Shown here piece by piece: positions 49,572 to 59,459 of a stretch of DNA of 64,000 nucleotides. The notes under the pieces are model-generated. The model was not told where the DNA came from. It saw nothing but the letters and a program-made list of their open reading frames with translations, and searched no databases. Positions within the stretch are counted from its first letter, which is position 1. Every line of letters starts with the position of its first letter. Both the position numbers and the translations under genes were made by a program. The stretch comes from a virus (lineage: Duplodnaviria > Caudoviricetes), in IMG/VR virus record IMGVR_UViG_3300015214_000001, positions 96,001 to 160,000 of that record. The stretch is one strand, 5' to 3'.

Positions 49572-50498
49572 CTAACAAACAATAGAGCCAGCGCTTGATG
49601 AAACATAATGTGTTTCATAGAAGATGCCGATGTATTCCCCACCTGCAAACTCTGTAGCAGGCGCTAAAGGACTAATTGTAACTGCGGCAGTTGTAAGTGA
49701 CACTGAATCAGCATCAGCCTTACGACCATTGATGTACGTTTGCAATGAGTCTGTTTCTGAATCGGGCGGCGCACTAATCGGCGCAATTGGCAAGAATGGT
49801 AAAGTAACCGTTTCTGTTGCTTGCGTTGGTCGTGCGATATACCCCACAGTATGAACAGGGTTATCAGTGATGATGTAAACATTTGGGGCCATGTTATTAG
49901 ACAATCCCATATCAGTACAAGCAAATGGCAAGCCCCAAGGGAAACGATCACCAGTAGTCGGCACAACAGTATAGCCTGTAGGCGAGTGAGCTTGGAACGC
50001 AGGCCCAGAAGAAAACCCTTTAGGCGTTGCCCAAGTACGCGGCAATAGAATTGAAATAAATTTATTCGCACCTACCGAGCCAGGGTCTTTTGATTGAATA
50101 CGGAATACAATTAACATCCATGCCTGAGGCGGTGACGATTCCATAATATTATCAGACCAGATTGTTTGACGCGCATTTAATGTTCCGTCAACACGACTGC
50201 CAGATAACATAGCAGATAAGTCAGCATCAGCAGTTGATAAGGTCATTTCAAAAGTGCCGAGTGAAGTGATACCATAGACAAATGCACCAGTCCATACATC
50301 GCCACCCGTGAAGTCGATCACTGTTCTATCTGGCAAAGTTAATGATGCGTCTGTTGCATATCGCACCATATACGGAGACATCATTGTGCCAGGCAACACG
50401 CCAGGGCCAGCCGTTCCGTAGTTATAGCCAGCATCATCAACTAATCCAATAAACACCCTATATAAACCGTGAGCATCACCAGTTCTAATTTGTGCCAT
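49572..50498 (-). CDS. major tail tube protein
   Basis: 308 aa, beta-rich, own promoter and GAGG SD, upstream of chaperones. Confidence 0.7.
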   Translation of the reverse strand: MAQIRTGDAHGLYRVFIGLVDDAGYNYGTAGPGVLPGTMMSPYMVRYATDASLTLPDRTVIDFTGGDVWTGAFVYGITSLGTFEMTLSTADADLSAMLSGSRVDGTLNARQTIWSDNIMESSPPQAWMLIVFRIQSKDPGSVGANKFISILLPRTWATPKGFSSGPAFQAHSPTGYTVVPTTGDRFPWGLPFACTDMGLSNNMAPNVYIITDNPVHTVGYIARPTQATETVTLPFLPIAPISAPPDSETDSLQTYINGRKADADSVSLTTAAVTISPLAPATEFAGGEYIGIFYETHYVSSSAGSIVC

Positions 50499-50584
50499 CT
50501 CTTTTATCCTCTTAAAATTAATTAATTTATATCTTTAGGCACGATATGATTTATATTGTACCAAAGGTTTTAAGGCATTTTTCA

Positions 50585-50606
50585 AAAACGTGGAGTTCCA
50601 CGTTTT
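50585..50606. promoter_or_regulatory. 22-bp palindrome copy (perfect) upstream of the tail tube promoter
   Basis: AAAACGTGGAGTTCCACGTTTT; minus-strand TGGTACAAT at 50563-50555. Confidence 0.7.
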
Positions 50607-51111
50607 ATGGTATGCCTGTTTCGTTATATACGATTTGGTTAATAACCGTTAACTCAATAGTAAAGCCCCAAAATGCACCAGCATCTACGCCATCACGAGT
50701 ATAGAGCGTAACCCCACTACGACGATCTAATCGTGTTCGGTTAACACCTGACAGGCTTGTTTGTGGCCCATCCAGCAATCCTCGCCTGTTAGCTACCTGC
50801 AACATGGGGTGTTCTAAGAAGTAGCGAACAGTTGCCACTGCCACTTCTCTAGCTTCTTGCTCATATCGTTGACTTTCAGTGCCACTAGGATCGCTATAAG
50901 TTTTCCCAATGTAAGCAAGTGAATAGCCTTGTTCTGCGAGTTCTTCACCAGCAGACTCTTGTGGATACGCCTCATCCTCAATAAAGACGAGCCAACAAGG
51001 ACGGTTAGCGAGATCAATGTTAGACCTTGTATAGTGATAAGCATTTGTGATGCTTGGGTGTGCATCAACTAGCATGAGTGCCAATCTTGCTGGAACAGTT
51101 AATATTGACAT
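50605..51111 (-). CDS. putative tail terminator
   Basis: Size and position before the tail tube gene. Confidence 0.55.
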   Translation of the reverse strand: MSILTVPARLALMLVDAHPSITNAYHYTRSNIDLANRPCWLVFIEDEAYPQESAGEELAEQGYSLAYIGKTYSDPSGTESQRYEQEAREVAVATVRYFLEHPMLQVANRRGLLDGPQTSLSGVNRTRLDRRSGVTLYTRDGVDAGAFWGFTIELTVINQIVYNETGIP

Positions 51112-51115
51112 AAGG

Positions 51116-51358
51116 TTATCTCTTTTTCACCGTTTTATTGGGGGAATTTAACAACCTTTGGCTATATGTTTTCAGCAATCGTTTAGTTGCTAAGAGTGTT
51201 CCTACAGCCGCTTGTATCTCAGGTTCTCTTTCAGCTTCTTTGCCGAGCATGGCAATTACCTGATCGACTGTATCACTAACAGTTCTCACGTTGAAAACTT
51301 TTTGCGCTTCTAACTGCCCTTCTAGTTCAGCTTGTTTTACCCTGCTTCTATATGACAT
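51116..51358 (-). CDS. hypothetical protein
   Basis: GGAGG SD. Confidence 0.6.
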   Translation of the reverse strand: MSYRSRVKQAELEGQLEAQKVFNVRTVSDTVDQVIAMLGKEAEREPEIQAAVGTLLATKRLLKTYSQRLLNSPNKTVKKR

Positions 51359-51375
51359 AAATATTTCCTCCCGCC

Positions 51376-52326
51376 TTATTCTAAAATCATGGAACGTTGA
51401 TAAGACTTGATAATTGTTAATACATCGGCTGGTATTCCCATTTCAACACCAACGCTCATATCAGAGACACCCAACCTACCGCCTGTTTGCAATACAGCTT
51501 CACGCCACGTCTTAGCAACCTGTAAGCAGGCTTGGACTATATCCTCAACAACATTCCACCGATGTATTTCAGTCGTTGAAAGATGACTAGTTGCTATTGT
51601 CCCATTAACGCCACGAATAACAGTCACTTTCGTTTTGTCAACACCAGTTACTTGCATAAACTCATCGCCCATCTTTATAAGTCTACCTTCTAAAAACGCA
51701 CGTTCTCCCCAGTTATCGAAAATAGCATCAGGAGGAACTGTGAATGCAATTTGGCGCGTGACTGCATCAATGTTGGCGTTTAGTGATCCATTTATTTTTA
51801 TCCAGAAATCATGGGGGTAAGATCGGCTAGGTCTGCTCTCCGCATATCCCCAAATGCCATCTATTTTTATTACACCTTCGTTAACTCTAGCTGCATAAGG
51901 ATAAGAATATCCCCATCCCCCACCCCATGCTTTAGGGAATTTCAACCCTACTGCATAATGTGGTTTTGTATTCAATGGCAACAAATAATAGTCTTTATCG
52001 GTTAATAGCTGTTCGCCATTTTTTATCTCATTAATGGCAATGAGGTCAGCATCAACAATCAATTCAGCAAATGGAAGTCGTCGCCTAGATAAATCAAAAA
52101 AAGAATTAGGGATAGGATATTCCCTAACTTGTCGGCTCGGGAAAAAGCTACGCCTTGTATAAGTTTCGATATACCTAGTGGCGTGGCGCAGATAATCGCG
52201 TATCTTCTCATCATTAATTTGAGTACGATTATCTTTTAAATTCATGTCCTCAACAATACCACCCGTATTGCCGATGTCTTTTGCTTGTTCAAAGTCACTG
52301 ATAAGTGCATATGTTAGGCTGCTCAT
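51376..52326 (-). CDS. head-tail adaptor/connector with an inserted domain
   Basis: ATRYIETYTRRSF..WGY..DIVQACL..IP.V..I..Y pattern. Confidence 0.7.
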   Translation of the reverse strand: MSSLTYALISDFEQAKDIGNTGGIVEDMNLKDNRTQINDEKIRDYLRHATRYIETYTRRSFFPSRQVREYPIPNSFFDLSRRRLPFAELIVDADLIAINEIKNGEQLLTDKDYYLLPLNTKPHYAVGLKFPKAWGGGWGYSYPYAARVNEGVIKIDGIWGYAESRPSRSYPHDFWIKINGSLNANIDAVTRQIAFTVPPDAIFDNWGERAFLEGRLIKMGDEFMQVTGVDKTKVTVIRGVNGTIATSHLSTTEIHRWNVVEDIVQACLQVAKTWREAVLQTGGRLGVSDMSVGVEMGIPADVLTIIKSYQRSMILE

Positions 52327-52328
52327 AT

Positions 52329-52751
52329 TTAACCCCCAGTGACGCTTGTGTGAGTAAAAAACGCATAGGCGCTAATTGCCCCTTCAGTTCCACCTGATAA
52401 TCTTGCTCTGAAATAAGTATTTCTAAGTACAGGTATCACGTATGATGTGCCATCAGAAGGGGTTACTGACGCATTTATTGTCGCTTGATCGCCCATTTCA
52501 AACCCTTCTATCGGAAACCAGACCTCACCATCGGGACTTGTTTCAAAGTTAACAGTGCCATCGTAGCCTTCCAATGTTTCAAACCACACCCATACTGCAT
52601 TAAAATTGCCATTAGACAGCAACATCCCGTTTAATGGGTGTTCTGGATTTGTTAATGGAATAGGTGGATCAGGCTGACTGCCATCATAAGGTGTTTCGTT
52701 GTGTAATGTAAAAACTGTACCATTTGATGCTGATTTGATAAATTCTGACAC
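52329..52751 (-). CDS. virion-associated beta-sandwich protein
   Basis: AGGAG SD before GTG 52751; ETSPDG.W..YFRARL. Confidence 0.5.
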   Translation of the reverse strand: MSEFIKSASNGTVFTLHNETPYDGSQPDPPIPLTNPEHPLNGMLLSNGNFNAVWVWFETLEGYDGTVNFETSPDGEVWFPIEGFEMGDQATINASVTPSDGTSYVIPVLRNTYFRARLSGGTEGAISAYAFFTHTSVTGG

Positions 52752-52831
52752 GACATATCTCCTGAAATTAAAACAGCCGATAGCCGACAATTTCTGTGGC
52801 TATCGGCTGTTTCGCTTAATTGTATAAGCTA

Positions 52832-53692
52832 TTAAGAAACGTTCGGGTTTTCACCTACCATAGAAAGGTAGTCAATACTTCCCTCAACTTCACCCGCCGC
52901 TAATGTGTGCAATGAACCCCACGGGGTTATTTGTACATTTAAGGCGATGGCTTCTTCGATTATATGGATTAAGCGATTGCCAACATAGAACAAAGCATCG
53001 CCAGTAGGTGTGATAACAATCCCTAATTGCGTCCAAACATTAAGTTCAACAGGAATACCTGTATCATATGCTTGATTAAAGCCATTTCTTGCGGTGTTTA
53101 AAACCCAATTAGGACTCGCTTCATTTGGATCGAAAGCGAATATTGTCGCATTATCAGCCACAGATGTGACTGCATCAACAGAGTGATCTGAGAATGCAAA
53201 CCCGTCAGTCATAGTAACGTAGTCAGCGATGCCGAACTCAAACACCACATCAGCTAAAGCACCAACCTTGACGTTTGTATTAAAGTAGATATAACCAGCA
53301 TCATTGAATGCGCCAGTGTACCAATTTAAACCCGCTGCAATTGAGACATAATCATCTGCATCTGGGCCAGCTACTAACTTTAATACCCCGCCAGGCTCAC
53401 CCGACAATGTAGCCGCGCTATCATCACCAACCGTTTGACCAAAACCACCTGGATTGACACTAGGTGAATTAACAATAAAGTGGTCAAATAATGCGACATG
53501 GTTTGGTGAACCCAATGCCAATGCAGTTAAACCGCCTTGCCACGGCACAAAAGTTGGGATGCCAGCGCGTGCGCCAAAGACGAATGCTTCGTTGTTAGCG
53601 TCATTTGCGCCAATTTGCCTTTGAGCGATATTAGAGTTATTTTGTTGCCAATATTTTAAATCATTTGTTGCCATAATGCCCTCGCTTGTCAT
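52832..53692 (-). CDS. putative head fibre/decoration protein (lectin-like)
   Basis: Beta-rich, head cluster. Confidence 0.5.
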   Translation of the reverse strand: MTSEGIMATNDLKYWQQNNSNIAQRQIGANDANNEAFVFGARAGIPTFVPWQGGLTALALGSPNHVALFDHFIVNSPSVNPGGFGQTVGDDSAATLSGEPGGVLKLVAGPDADDYVSIAAGLNWYTGAFNDAGYIYFNTNVKVGALADVVFEFGIADYVTMTDGFAFSDHSVDAVTSVADNATIFAFDPNEASPNWVLNTARNGFNQAYDTGIPVELNVWTQLGIVITPTGDALFYVGNRLIHIIEEAIALNVQITPWGSLHTLAAGEVEGSIDYLSMVGENPNVS

Positions 53693-53863
53693 GTCACCTT
53701 ATTTAAATTGCCTTGACCGCAACCCATACGCGGCGGGTATTGCATCGTCAAGGCAAAAATAAAAAGATATAGTTTGCGTTTTTGTGTTTTTGTGTAATTA
53801 TCTGTGCTTGTTTAATATGGAATTGCAGTCGCCTTCTTAAATTTTAACGACTGCAACAACACA

Positions 53864-54328
53864 TTAGTATGCAACAAACACCGCGACTTGTTCGTTATAG
53901 GTTTCATCCTGACCGTATTCGCCTGGGTTTCTTAACTCATGGTTAACCACAGATAAGCCCCAAACAGCAGTGCCACTAGAGAAAACAACACGCGCCTGAA
54001 CATACTTATAGCCTTGAGCATCAATGAATGCACCAGGTGCAATTTCAATTGATTTCCATGCGCCGTCATTAGTCTCATCAACTACAAACGCAGCCTCAGT
54101 AATCACCCTTGCATCAGTTCCAGTTGCATCTTTAGCTTGCCATAACTGTACAGCGACAGTTTGCCCTGTTGTTAATTGGTCAAACCAGAACAAGAAAACC
54201 GATCTATTTGCGTTGCCATGAACGCCACCAGTTGCAAAGGGGGATAACCAAGGGCTATTCAGTGAACCTTGAGCGATTGGTTTGATTAAAGAACGCAATT
54301 TATTACTACCGTCCCAATTGTGTGCCAT
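53864..54328 (-). CDS. putative capsid decoration protein
   Basis: Directly after the capsid gene; LWQAKDATGT..YKYVQARV. Confidence 0.55.
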   Translation of the reverse strand: MAHNWDGSNKLRSLIKPIAQGSLNSPWLSPFATGGVHGNANRSVFLFWFDQLTTGQTVAVQLWQAKDATGTDARVITEAAFVVDETNDGAWKSIEIAPGAFIDAQGYKYVQARVVFSSGTAVWGLSVVNHELRNPGEYGQDETYNEQVAVFVAY

Positions 54329-54395
54329 TATATTTTAACTCCTATAGACAGTTGTTGATAAGATGATAGTGGGGCTTTTACACCCCACTGGTTAA

Positions 54396-57380
54396 CTAGT
54401 TCATGCCGATTTTCAAGACTTTCAACGCGGCTGGTTGCCAGACTTGACCGCCGACACGCGCACGAGCAAGGAACAACACTTGATTTCTCATTGCATAGTA
54501 GCTGTCATCGAAGCGTTGGATAGAGAATTCAACGCGCTTGCCAATTAAATAACCTCTTTGCAAGTCACCGAAGATAATCGGGAAGTTGCCTTCTACTGCG
54601 TCATCAGCCCATTCATTGTACACAATAGGGCGACCATATAAGAGTTCAGGCATTTGATGGCCATACATGCCGCTGTTGCGATCAAAGAATAAAGGATCGC
54701 CATTAGCATTCTTTAATTCCATCAATTGACGACCAGTATCTTGGCTCATGTACCACTTTGCATTTTTTCTATAACCCGCTGGTAAATGCTGGTACATCCT
54801 GACTAGCGCATCAGTGTTGGTCAACCCATAAATACTGCCTGATGGAACATAACCGCCGACTGTAGCAGTGCCTAGTGACTCATGACCAGTAACTTGCTCG
54901 TTAGTAACAATACCTTGAGGTTTACCTTGCCCATCACCACTCCAGACAAAAGTGTCATAATCGACTGCCATAGCTTCCGCAAACGTTTGACTAATGTAGT
55001 CTTGCGTGTTGAAGCTCGCGTCCTCTAGCATGTTATTTGACACAACGTCATGTAACATTGCTAAGTGGATAGGAAGTTTCAACTGCGAAAACGTGCTGGA
55101 TTCTGTGCTATGAACTAATGTTGGATCAGCAACTTGCTCATCGCCTGGCCAGCGAACAACAGCGCTACCAGCACGACGCGCATCAGTAGTGATAACATTA
55201 GGCTGGATTAACGTATCGGACGTTGTAGTACGAGTGCGACATTCTGCTGCCATCGCGGTAGCAGCCATGATGTTGGTATTCAACTCATCTGCCCAATCGG
55301 GAGGAACAGCAAAACCACCAGATGGATCAACGCTACCAAAATAGCCCTTAACTGCTGGATCGCCTAACCAAGAAGTACCACGAACATCAGAGTTATTCAT
55401 TGTGCCTTTAGCGTATAAAATACGCTTTTCTGTTTCGCTCATGGGGTTTAATCCACCGCGCATCCATGATTTAAACGCACGAGTATAAGCGCCTTCACGG
55501 TCTGCCTCATCCGTGATACTTCCAATTCTTGAGAACCCACCGCGCTGATTTGGAGCTTCTGCTTGTTCAGCTTTAATTGCGCGTTGTCTCCAATATTCAG
55601 CGCTATTTGTGTCAACGCTTTTAGCAGCTTTAGCACGATAACGCTTTTCGCCTAATACATCGCTCAAGATGGCTTCATCTTCATCAGACGCAAACCCTTC
55701 TTGTTGCTTTAAGCGTTTCAACGTCTTGCGGTAAGCAGCGCGACGCACAGAAGCGATAGCTTCATCTTCATCGTCACTTCTATAGCCGCCATAAGATGCA
55801 ACAGCTTCTTCGAGATCATCTTCATCAAAATCTTCTTCGTCGTCAAAATCTTCTTCAATCACGTCAATATCCTCATCACGCCATGCACGCCTTTGTGCAT
55901 TCTTGCGACGCATTGCGGCACGCTTAGAAGCAAGATTTTCAACATCTTCCACTGTAGCGCCGTCAATTTCAATGTCAGCTGGTTCAATGACATCTGTTTG
56001 TGTTTTACGACGTAACGCAGAGCGCTTTCCATTCGCATATGCTTTTTCAGCAATCAGTTCAACTAATGCGGCATCATCTGTGCGAGCAGCTTCATTGTCA
56101 TAGCGTAATTCTTCAATTTCGCTACGTAATGCAGATTGGTCATTACGAATTTCATCCAGTGAAGTCAAGATTGCCTCATTAACATCAGCGTTTCTGCGTG
56201 CATAACCACGTCTTGACCTACCATAGCGTTTTTCACTGGCAAAATCGCCTAATGGTTCTTCATCCCCAACGCCACCGATAGTAGATTCGTAATCCCCCTC
56301 AATAGTCGCTTCTAAGTCATTTGTCGCAGGAGCTAATTGCTTTGCGCGTCTCAACGCTTTTTGGCGAATTGCGCGGTAATACTTGTTGAATTCTTCGTCA
56401 AATTCTTCTTCCAGATCAACATCTTTTGAACGTGAAACGCTACGGAAGCGACGAACCATTTCTTTTTCAGCTAAATCAGATGCCAGCGCTTCGATTTCTT
56501 CTTCTACTTCAACTGACATGATTGCTTCTAATTCTTGCGCTTCTTGATTTTTCCTACTACGTGCTGAACGATTAATCTTCATTACAGAACTCTCCTGTGT
56601 CATTTCATCTTCAAGGCCAGCTAATGTTTCCTCATTCTCGGATTGCATTTTTGCCAGCGTTTCGTTAATTGTTTCTTGATAAGCATCTTTAGTAGGCCGA
56701 TGCGGGCCTGTTCTTTTAGAAGATTTACTGTCCTGTACTCTAACCCTATTCTCGAGTCCTCTTACAAAGTCAATATCTTCTTTAAGTACCGATTTAAAGG
56801 CGCGATATGATACTGATGGAACAAATGTTCTATTAGATTTCATCGCACGCACAGCCGTCTTACTAGGCTGTGCTGGTGTAGGGGTAATACTTCCCTCAAT
56901 TAATGGCCATACGGCAATTTCGCCACTATCTGCGATTTTAACAAGGTGATCGACACTTCCTGAACTCCATCCGAAATCAGCAGATTTAACCATGTCATAC
57001 ACAGCCCGAGAATACCTATCTCTTAAATCTAGCTGTGCAGTAACCCACAAACCCAACTCATCAGTTACTACAGACTTGATCTTGCCAATCTTTCGTAACC
57101 CCGCCTCACCATCTAAGCCATGATGATACAAGACTGGTCTTTCTACAAACCAATCAAGGCAAAACTCGGTATTAGGGGTGAAATATTCGCCTTGCAAATC
57201 TGTGTCTTGAGGCGAACCCCACGAAACAAGATACCCTTCTACGAAGCCATAATTGCCATCTTCTGATACATATGACTTAATTGCCTTTGTATCACCCGAT
57301 TTATGTATCAAATTTGCTTGGATTGTTTGCATGTTATCTTTAGTCTTGTTATTTTCAGTCATTATGATATGCTCATGCAA
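54396..57380 (-). CDS. prohead protease + scaffold + HK97-fold major capsid fusion
   Basis: N-terminal DLQGEYF..YHHG..WSSG..EGSITPTPA (S78-like protease); charged helical middle; GGFAVP..GDGQGKPQGI..GRPIV..FGD..RVGG capsid domain. Confidence 0.92.
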   Translation of the reverse strand: MHEHIIMTENNKTKDNMQTIQANLIHKSGDTKAIKSYVSEDGNYGFVEGYLVSWGSPQDTDLQGEYFTPNTEFCLDWFVERPVLYHHGLDGEAGLRKIGKIKSVVTDELGLWVTAQLDLRDRYSRAVYDMVKSADFGWSSGSVDHLVKIADSGEIAVWPLIEGSITPTPAQPSKTAVRAMKSNRTFVPSVSYRAFKSVLKEDIDFVRGLENRVRVQDSKSSKRTGPHRPTKDAYQETINETLAKMQSENEETLAGLEDEMTQESSVMKINRSARSRKNQEAQELEAIMSVEVEEEIEALASDLAEKEMVRRFRSVSRSKDVDLEEEFDEEFNKYYRAIRQKALRRAKQLAPATNDLEATIEGDYESTIGGVGDEEPLGDFASEKRYGRSRRGYARRNADVNEAILTSLDEIRNDQSALRSEIEELRYDNEAARTDDAALVELIAEKAYANGKRSALRRKTQTDVIEPADIEIDGATVEDVENLASKRAAMRRKNAQRRAWRDEDIDVIEEDFDDEEDFDEDDLEEAVASYGGYRSDDEDEAIASVRRAAYRKTLKRLKQQEGFASDEDEAILSDVLGEKRYRAKAAKSVDTNSAEYWRQRAIKAEQAEAPNQRGGFSRIGSITDEADREGAYTRAFKSWMRGGLNPMSETEKRILYAKGTMNNSDVRGTSWLGDPAVKGYFGSVDPSGGFAVPPDWADELNTNIMAATAMAAECRTRTTTSDTLIQPNVITTDARRAGSAVVRWPGDEQVADPTLVHSTESSTFSQLKLPIHLAMLHDVVSNNMLEDASFNTQDYISQTFAEAMAVDYDTFVWSGDGQGKPQGIVTNEQVTGHESLGTATVGGYVPSGSIYGLTNTDALVRMYQHLPAGYRKNAKWYMSQDTGRQLMELKNANGDPLFFDRNSGMYGHQMPELLYGRPIVYNEWADDAVEGNFPIIFGDLQRGYLIGKRVEFSIQRFDDSYYAMRNQVLFLARARVGGQVWQPAALKVLKIGMN

Positions 57381-57471
57381 ATTCCTACCTAATAAATAAT
57401 TGATAACTTATGAGATAAACTATGGTTAAAATAATGTTTAATCTCAATAAAATTTATTCTAACACACTTTT

Positions 57472-57771
57472 TTAACCTTTTTTCAATGTTTTAGAAGGTT
57501 TCACATTGCGATATTTGCGCTTATTACATGGTATATTTAAAGATTTCTCTATGTGTCTTATCATCTGCAATGTAGATAGCCGTCTTTGTTCAGCATTTTT
57601 CTTGATTGCATCAACTAATGCTGGATCGCTTTTATCCCCTTCTGATGACAAATAAGCTGTAAGTGTTTCGTCAGCGCGTACACTTTGAAGTAAGGCGCGA
57701 CGTAATAACATATATGTATCTTTATGCTGTTGATCTAAAGGCAACATAATTATCCTCTTTAGCGAAACCAT
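57472..57771 (-). CDS. hypothetical protein
   Basis: Short helical ORF. Confidence 0.55.
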   Translation of the reverse strand: MVSLKRIIMLPLDQQHKDTYMLLRRALLQSVRADETLTAYLSSEGDKSDPALVDAIKKNAEQRRLSTLQMIRHIEKSLNIPCNKRKYRNVKPSKTLKKG

Positions 57772-58319
57772 TCACGGATTGTCGCGTTTACTTTTTTCTC
57801 GGCTCGCGCTATATATTTTTGGACTGGGATATAAGCAGGTTGGTAGCCAGTAATCTTATTAAATTCTTGAATATCGCGGGTATATCGCCTAATAGAGCTT
57901 TGGCTTTTACCTAGTCCGATTAAACCAACCACATATTTTGACGATTCGCTCGTGTTTTCAATTTTTATTGACACGCGACCGTCTCTAACCTTTATTTTAT
58001 ATTCATAACTATCAACAATTTCATTTGTCTGTTCATATGGAACGCCATCCGATAAAATTGCCCACCAAACATACCTTCGTTGCTTCTCAGTTGTGTATTC
58101 AATAGGATATTGGTCTGGATACATGCGCTTTGGCGGTTGCTTCTTTAATTCACGTATCATGGGTCGCACATAGAATACTTCAACGTGTCGGCTTAACTTC
58201 CTCAATCGCCTATTTCTTTCTGTCACACTGATAGAACCTAAATTTGATAGGTTCTTTAGTGATCGCTGTAACGCTTGGGGATTTCTAAAATCAATAAGTA
58301 TCCTGTGTGCAGCCATCAC
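57759..58319 (-). CDS. putative neck/morphogenesis protein
   Basis: Basic, TEKQRRY motif, head cluster. Confidence 0.4.
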   Translation of the reverse strand: MMAAHRILIDFRNPQALQRSLKNLSNLGSISVTERNRRLRKLSRHVEVFYVRPMIRELKKQPPKRMYPDQYPIEYTTEKQRRYVWWAILSDGVPYEQTNEIVDSYEYKIKVRDGRVSIKIENTSESSKYVVGLIGLGKSQSSIRRYTRDIQEFNKITGYQPAYIPVQKYIARAEKKVNATIREWFR

Positions 58320-59458
58320 TTATCCAACCGTTTTATATCTGTAGTATGAAATTCCCTAGTGCTACCATCATTGAATACAACCTTATATAGCGGTCTGTTG
58401 CTTTTACTATCGCGCCTCATACCAATAACTCTGCCATTGCGTTTATCTGATGACTTAACCATATCTCCGAGTTTAAAACGATAGCTAGGCAAAATCACCG
58501 TAGATGGTTTTTGTTTATGTTCTTCAATCGACTTGGTACGTGTTTCTTGTAAGTTGACATTCTTCTTTTGCCAATAACCGCGTAAAGCATCTAAAACAAT
58601 TACTGAATCGCTTTTTTGCATTGCAAGATTTTTCCAACTTGCAATTGTATCTGGATATTCTTTACTTAAAATATCATTGATCCCTTCAATAGCTTTTGAA
58701 ACAGATTCGATGTCAAATTGATCTGCTTCAACTTTTTCCAAGTCAGACTTACATAGCTTAAGCAATTTAATAATTGTGTTCAATTCAGGTATCAAACCGC
58801 GATTAATAGTCGCCTTTAACTTATCAATCGCTTTATTTGTAAAGGTTAAGATGTTATTTCCCGACTTTAATTGTTTGTTGATATTATATACATCAGGAAT
58901 AAATGCAGATTTTCGCTCATCATCATATGCTTGCTTATCTAACAGCCTAGCTACTTCATTTTTCCACTCCCGTTTTAAATGAAGTAATTGAGGCAGAATT
59001 TCATCATATATAGATTTAGAAAATACAATAAGTTGATCGCCTAAAGTATTTGCATATATAGCAGGGTCAACATCTGTTCCGTCGCTGGATTCCCATGCAA
59101 TAATGTTGTTTTTAAAATCTTCATTGTGTTGCAATAAATTAGCGCAATTAGTTAATCTTGCTAATCTTTGCTCTAATTTCTCTAGTCTAGGTGACATAGG
59201 ATTCGGTATGTGATTGCTGATAGTCCCAAATGGCATATGAGGGTGGTATTGGCTATTTAAAACAATAGCTAGATCATCAACAAACCTTTCAAAAGGGCAA
59301 CCTAAGTAAACAGGCATTCCATCAATATCTTCTACTGTAGACTTCGAGCTTGATAATACTTTCCCAGTGCTATGTAGACCATTTGCCCATGACTGCACAT
59401 CTCTAATGGCGCTATCTAATAAATCTATTTGCGTGTTTGAATTGTCACTAATGCTCAT
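58316..59458 (-). CDS. head-cluster protein with C-terminal KOW/SH3-like domain
   Basis: FKLGDMV...GRVIG...YKVVFNDG. Confidence 0.55.
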   Translation of the reverse strand: MSISDNSNTQIDLLDSAIRDVQSWANGLHSTGKVLSSSKSTVEDIDGMPVYLGCPFERFVDDLAIVLNSQYHPHMPFGTISNHIPNPMSPRLEKLEQRLARLTNCANLLQHNEDFKNNIIAWESSDGTDVDPAIYANTLGDQLIVFSKSIYDEILPQLLHLKREWKNEVARLLDKQAYDDERKSAFIPDVYNINKQLKSGNNILTFTNKAIDKLKATINRGLIPELNTIIKLLKLCKSDLEKVEADQFDIESVSKAIEGINDILSKEYPDTIASWKNLAMQKSDSVIVLDALRGYWQKKNVNLQETRTKSIEEHKQKPSTVILPSYRFKLGDMVKSSDKRNGRVIGMRRDSKSNRPLYKVVFNDGSTREFHTTDIKRLDK

Positions 59459-59459
59459 A

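Noticed and set aside
5001-50606. 22-bp palindromes as a CRISPR array
   Set aside because: Copies are kilobases apart with no repeat-spacer periodicity and no cas genes
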